A stretch of 64,000 nucleotides of DNA, taken from contig OZ037845.1 in assembly GCA_964035575.1 (NCBI GenBank), forward strand, positions 310,001 through 374,000. Reading direction: 5' to 3'. The notes below the pieces were generated by a model, which saw only the letters and a list, made by a program, of their open reading frames with translations, did no database searches and was not told where the DNA came from. Position numbers and translations under genes: made by a program. The stretch is from Rhynchopus sp. YZ270_cl-10 (taxonomy: Eukaryota). Shown here piece after piece: positions 58,513 to 64,000 of this stretch. Within the stretch, counting starts at the first letter, position 1; every line of letters begins with the position of its first letter.

Positions 58513-59049
58513 TTTGTGTGGTGAGGGTGGTGTTGTTGTGTTGTCAAAAAGTCTGTGTGGGGTGTTGTTGGGGTTCGCAGAGGAGGCTTTGCACAGAAAT
58601 ACTAAAAGGGGATAGGGTGCGGTGAAGAGATTGCTTCTGCGACACGGACGTGCTTAGCCACCTAGCAAACGGTTGTTATGTTGCAAAAAATTCCATTAAT
58701 TTGGAGAGAAAAAATGAGTGAACAAAATGCATAACATATCCTTGAGAGACAAATGCAATGAAGAAAACACGCCGTCTTCTGTGGACGATACATTTTCTCA
58801 AAACAAATGCAGTTTCGATCAAGGAGTGCAAAACCTTTTTTGAAAAGCCTTTTAAAGGGGGGTACGTAATGTAATCACAGTGGTGCTGTGTAATGGAGCT
58901 CCTGAGGCAGACGTTACAATCATGCCCGTGGATAGGGAGGAAAAACAATAAAAAATATACGATTCGAAGATAAACGCAATGAAGCAACGCTACGTTTGGT
59001 GCGCAATCTCAAAAAAGAAGAAAATAACAAGAAGAACAGAAACCTTATC

Positions 59050-59080
59050 AGATGAATATCCCTCTCGTGTACACATCTTT
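59050..59080 (-). repeat. Dispersed hairpin family D (representative copy)
   Basis: Plus-strand AGATGAATRTGCCTCTCGTGTACACATCTT. Copies near 28307, 30081, 38049. Confidence 0.7.
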
Positions 59081-59394
59081 CAAAAAAAAGAAAAAATACA
59101 ACAAAACGGCAGATAAGCTGAGCAGAAGCCTCACTACCAGACAATCTTGAAAAAGGAGGTTTTTTTTTGTGAAATAAAGAGAAAAGTCGGTACAGCTGAG
59201 TTCAAGCAACTCTTCGCTTGATTTTTATTTAAATTTACAATCAAAAATGAACAGAAACGCACGATAGGAATGCAAATACTCTTATCGATACAATTATTGA
59301 TGTGGCTGAATGGCGGGGGCGGAAAAAGCGCGGAAAAGGTGCGAATCACCCCCCCTGCAGCCACACCAATTTATGTTATTTTTTTTTGTTTTAA

Positions 59395-61018
59395 CCCTTT
59401 GGTTCCGATGGACTTTTTTTCAAAAAAGTTTTTTTTGGGCCCCCCGACTCTTTCTGCAGTAAAAAAATTTCTGGTGCAAATTTTTGACCGATTCTGGTCG
59501 CATTTGAAAGATTTTGAACACCGCTTTCAAATTTTCAAAAAATCGAAAAAAATCGGGAAAAAATCAGTGGTCAAAAAAGTGGGGAGCTCGTCATGAACTT
59601 TTTCAAAAATCCCAAAAAATCGACTTAAAAAATTCGGAGTGTTTCAAATGTGGTCGAAACATGCTTTATTTGAAAGATTGGTGACAATCTACATATCCCG
59701 AAAAACTTAGTAAAAAAAGTTTACACAGAAATGAGCTCACAGCATGTTGCTGCTTGTTGCCGCCAGCAGATTACCCGTTTTCACACGTTTTGCCTTGAAA
59801 ACCCAGTGGGAGGGGGTAAAAGGGGGTTGGGGGTAAGGTGACCTAGGGCTCTACACCTGAGTCTCTTTTCCTCTTCATTGCGTTGCTGTTCTCGGTGTGG
59901 TACTTGCGATGACACTCGGCAGGGCATAAATAGACGCCGCAGGTCATGCAGCGGTACGTCATCCGGACTCTCACAGGTGCCTTTGAGCACACTTTGCAGT
60001 TCCTGGGAGTATCCATCTTTGCCAGGTCCATACCCACGTGGGGGTAGCTGGCCTTCATCCCAGCCTCGTACGGACACTCCCGCTCAGAAAGCGTGCCAGG
60101 TGGGACAGCGTGCAGGGGCGGGCATGGCAGCACGGATGTCAAATGTGGGCTCCTTGGACAAACCACACCAGCTGCAGTGGCCACGGTGCTTGTCGAACGA
60201 CTCTTTCGACACGTCAAGGATTGCAGCACGTTTGGTCTCATTGGCCGGGTACAATGCCATGAACTCGTAGTGTCGATCTGACGTCATCTTCGGACCCGAG
60301 CATTGCACAGGATGGCAACCACCAAGCTCATTATTCGTTTTGCGGTTCAACCCGTCAATCGCTTGGTTCAGGTAGTTCACCGAGTACGACAGACCTGGCT
60401 TGTGTACCAGCATGATGAAGCTTAATGGTTTCGCCCCCCGGGCTCCCCCCCTTCTAAAATATTAAGGGATGCACAAAAGTTTTCGATTTTTGCTTCTTTT
60501 GAAAGATTTGTGGAAAATATTTCAAAATATCAGAAATGTTTTCCCGAAGTTTAGTAGAAATTTATTTAAAGCATGTCGCCATTGTAGGATAGGGGACTAA
60601 CACACTTTTTTTACCATGTTCCGATTTTACCCCCCGGGCTCTCCCACTTCTGAAAAATCAACAAATGTGCAAAAAAAAAATTGATTATTGCTTCTTTTGA
60701 AAGATCTGTGCAAAATCTTTCAAAATGTGTAAACCCGAAATGTTCCGAAATGTAGTAGAAATTTAGTCAAAATATGTCGCCATTGGAGGGCCGGGAAATA
60801 TCACATTTTCCCCTTCATTTTCCCATTTTACCCCCCGGGCTCTCCCACTTCTCAAAAATTAACAGGTGCACATTTTTTTTTGATTCTTGCTTCTTTTGAA
60901 AGATCTGCACAAAATCTTTCAAAATATAAAAAAATGTTTTCCCGAAATATAGTAGAAATTTATTTAAAGCATGTCGTCATTCGTAAAGCCACGTATGTGG
61001 CTCGCAGGAACTAAAGGG
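59395..61018 (-). mobile_element. Internally deleted piggyBac transposon
   Basis: TTAA TSD on both sides; TIR CCCTTT(G/A)GTTCC; transposase C-terminal Cys-rich domain CKVC...YRCMTCGVYLCPAECHRKYH (~59895-60000, minus); three ~200-bp subterminal repeats at 60430-60980. Confidence 0.88.
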
Positions 61019-62124
61019 TTAAAAGGAACACTCAGCTCATGTCAACAGCAAAAAAAAAATTGAAAGAAATATGATAAACTGCAGTAAAAAAAATCCCTTC
61101 CCGCATCAGCGTTGGAAGGTTTGCAGAACAAAAAAAAAAAAAAAAGGCGTAGAAAATCAACAACAATGTGTGAATCATTGACCGTAACCCCTTGGGAAAC
61201 ACAAAACCTTTTATCTTGGTATAGACAAGACGTCGGAAATACAACTTCGAGCCAAGTTCTTTTTTGTATCAGAGAACGGGGGGAACACAAACGGCAACAG
61301 TAGAATAGTTGGGAGAGATGGGGCTAAGCCTCACCTCGAGTAAAAGCAAAAAAAAAAAAAATGTGATAAAATGTGTGTTCAACGCCTCTGAGATAGGGAG
61401 GCGTTGATACACACAGGTTAGGCTTCTTTTTTTCAATTCCGCAACAGACTTGGCATTTTTGAGGCAAAAGAAAAAAACGGCAAAAGAACATTTGCAAGAT
61501 GATCCCAAGCCTTTGCTTGGTCATCTTAGCAGAAAAAGTTGACTTGAAATACAAAGCCCTTTATTGGTAGATCTGGCTGTACCGGGGGTGCACACCCAAC
61601 CGTGCTGTAAAATGAGTAGTTGTTGTGATGCAGGTACCTCCTAACTGACCCACATACAATGCCAGCCTGAATAAGCATAATTTACAAAAAAGCAAAAAAT
61701 ATAAAATACACATCCCCCCGCTACAGCGCGTAATAATGATGCTGTATATGCAAAGGCATCCGTAACACAAATCCAAACCCAACCATCCAAAAAAATAATA
61801 ATTCGTTCAGATACTTTCTTATCAGAAATCACCCAAAAAAACAAAGATGAGGTTTTTATAGCTAGGATCACCCTGACGTAAATTTATTTCGTTCGTTTTT
61901 TGATAAATTGTTGGAGTAGTGTAGTTGCCTCGGTTGTGCTGCCACAGTTTGTGCAATCACCACTAAATTTTATTTCAAAAGCCCCCAAAGAACAAATTAC
62001 CCATTTTCTTGTTTTCTTCCACAGATCGTTCTTTTTTTAGACCTCTCAAAAACAATTGAAACGGTACTCAAAATACCTAAATGCATCTGTTTTGCGATAG
62101 CTTTTTTTCAAAAAGACACCCCTC

Positions 62125-63613
62125 TTAGAACCTGCTGATATCCCTTCCGAAGAGCCAGCCTTTGAACCAGTACATCTGTGGATTTTTTTTGAAAAGAATT
62201 TTTTGTAAAAAAGCATACCGGAATCAAAATCTTGTTGACAAGCGAGACCTGCTTCCCCCAGTACGCAGTCCGCCACAAGAAGAACGCGGCAGGGCCTGTC
62301 ACGGAGCCGATGTTCGTTTCGTCCCCTGCACGCCCAATGTGCGAGAAGTCTGCTACTGCACGCCATCCTCCGAGCATGGCCATGCTTCCCAGCGAGAGGT
62401 AGGAGAAGGGTGGTGGGTCGATGGTGCCTTTGCCAAATTGAGGGCCTTCACCGGGTTTGGCACGGTTGAAGACTTTTGCGAGGTATTTTGCCTCTTGCAG
62501 TGCAGCTTGGGCGATCGGCGGCAACGGCTGCGAATCGATCACCGCACAATCCCCGAAGGCAAACACATTCTCTTGTCCACGCACCTTCAAATGCAGATCC
62601 GTGATGATCCTTCCTGTTGGCCCCTTTTCAAAGTCTAATCCATTTACGAATTTGATTGGCTGCAGTCCTGCTGACCACACCATCAGACCAAACGGCAAAA
62701 ACGAGCCATCCGAGAGCAACGCATTGTTTCCTTCAACCGCGGTTACGGAGACCCCGGTTTTGACGTTGATGGAACGGTTGTCGAAGCGTTTGAGGACGTA
62801 GGCGGATAGGCTTTTGTCGAAGGAGGATAAGATGCTTGGTCCTGCCTCCACCAAGGTAACAGAGGTGAGGGTTTTGAGATCTGGGTACCACCGTGCACAG
62901 TCTTCAACGATGAAGTCGTAGAGCTCCCCAACGAATTCGCATGAGGTGGGACCACCACCAACCACCATGAAGGAGAGAAGCTGCCTTTGTTCTGCTTCGC
63001 TAACAGAAGGAATCGCGGCACGTTCAAAACACTCCAGAATCTTCTGACGAACCTGCCTCGCATGGTAGAGGTGCTTAAGAAAGCAGACATCGGTTCCTTC
63101 CCTTTCCATCACCCCAGGGGTATCAAATGTGCTAGTTTTCGATCCGCAGGTCACAACCAGGTAGTCATAAGGTACACGAAACTCCTCATGCTTAAAGATG
63201 TCTTTGCAAACAACCTCCCCAGTCGCTGCTAGCGAGGCAGCGTTTTGGGATGACAAGGAGACCGCTTTCCCTTGGTAGTATTTGAGGTTAGGGATGGTGC
63301 GGACCGGCTCTTGAATGGCACGGAACTCAAGCGTCCCCACCGCGCAAGAAGGAAGCAACGGTGTGAAGAGGAAATGGTTTGCCGGGGAAATGCAGCTCAC
63401 ATCATACCTCGTAGTGTCGATGCTCCGCAAAAAGTTGAACCCACCCCAACCAGAGCCAAGCACAACAATACGTTTTTTATCACTAAAAAGGGGCTGGATA
63501 TCGGCAGGTTTGAGGGACGGCAGGTCCACACCTGCCTTTGCGACGATAGAGTCAGAAGAAGAAGATGCGTATCGCAGTCCACATTTCAGAGGGGATCCCC
63601 GTATGTGCAGCAT
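62125..63613 (-). CDS. NDH2: Type II (alternative) NADH dehydrogenase; exons 63613-62219 and 62175-62125
   Basis: RIVVLGSGWGG, FLFTPLLPS..VGTLEFR, VVGGGPT, FAFGD, PP.AQ.A.Q. A 43-nt GT-AG intron (62218-62176) restores the conserved C-terminus MYWFKGWLFGRDISRF*. Confidence 0.93.
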
Positions 63614-64000
63614 GGTTAGGGTGGGGGTGTATATAGGTGTCTGGAGTGTGGAGTGTGGAAGAAATATTGAATGAGAATTTTTGAGAAGTGCAAGCACCTC
63701 CCGAACGGACTCAAAGGCACACCATTTTCCATGGAGAGTAAGCTAGCAGTAAGCTAAGGTTTTCGGGTTTGCGGGTTTGCGAGTTTGGCGGTATTGGGCC
63801 TTTGTTTGGCGGAAGTTGCTACCGGTCCAAAATCAGGTGAAAGGTTGTGCCAAGGTAATAACACTCAAAGAGGAGTGGGGGGAAATGAAACATTTTTATT
63901 TGTAACGACAATTTTCACCCACCGATGACTAGGGGTGGTGGGATCATATTTGTACACACACAAAAAAAAAACTTCCCTGAAAAGGCAGGAATGTGTTTTC

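Overview
Eukaryotic (protist) genomic DNA; all 12 supportable cellular genes lie on the minus strand. This layout, short GT-AG introns and a C4-pathway ALA synthase suggest a euglenozoan such as a diplonemid (inference, not established). The left half (1-35.2 kb) is a tandem array of four intronless receptor-like kinases: signal peptide, Cys motif, RCC1-like repeat ectodomain, Cys-rich module, stalk, one TM helix, then TWO MAP3K/STE11-like kinase domains. Their ectodomains are highly divergent, while long kinase tracts are near-identical in DNA, with different tract boundaries per pair. The right half holds RPL7a, ALAS, METTL9, CRIPT, a 12-repeat pacifastin-like secreted protein, a chromodomain ORF, a GST and a type II NADH dehydrogenase. 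Intergenic DNA contains many non-autonomous DNA transposons identified by TIR+TSD, including two triple-nested stacks and a piggyBac remnant. It also contains dozens of short hairpin elements whose copies all point the same way as the genes. Three of these families share a C(GAGA)G tetraloop, and one carries a tRNA B-box; they end in U-tracts rather than poly(A).
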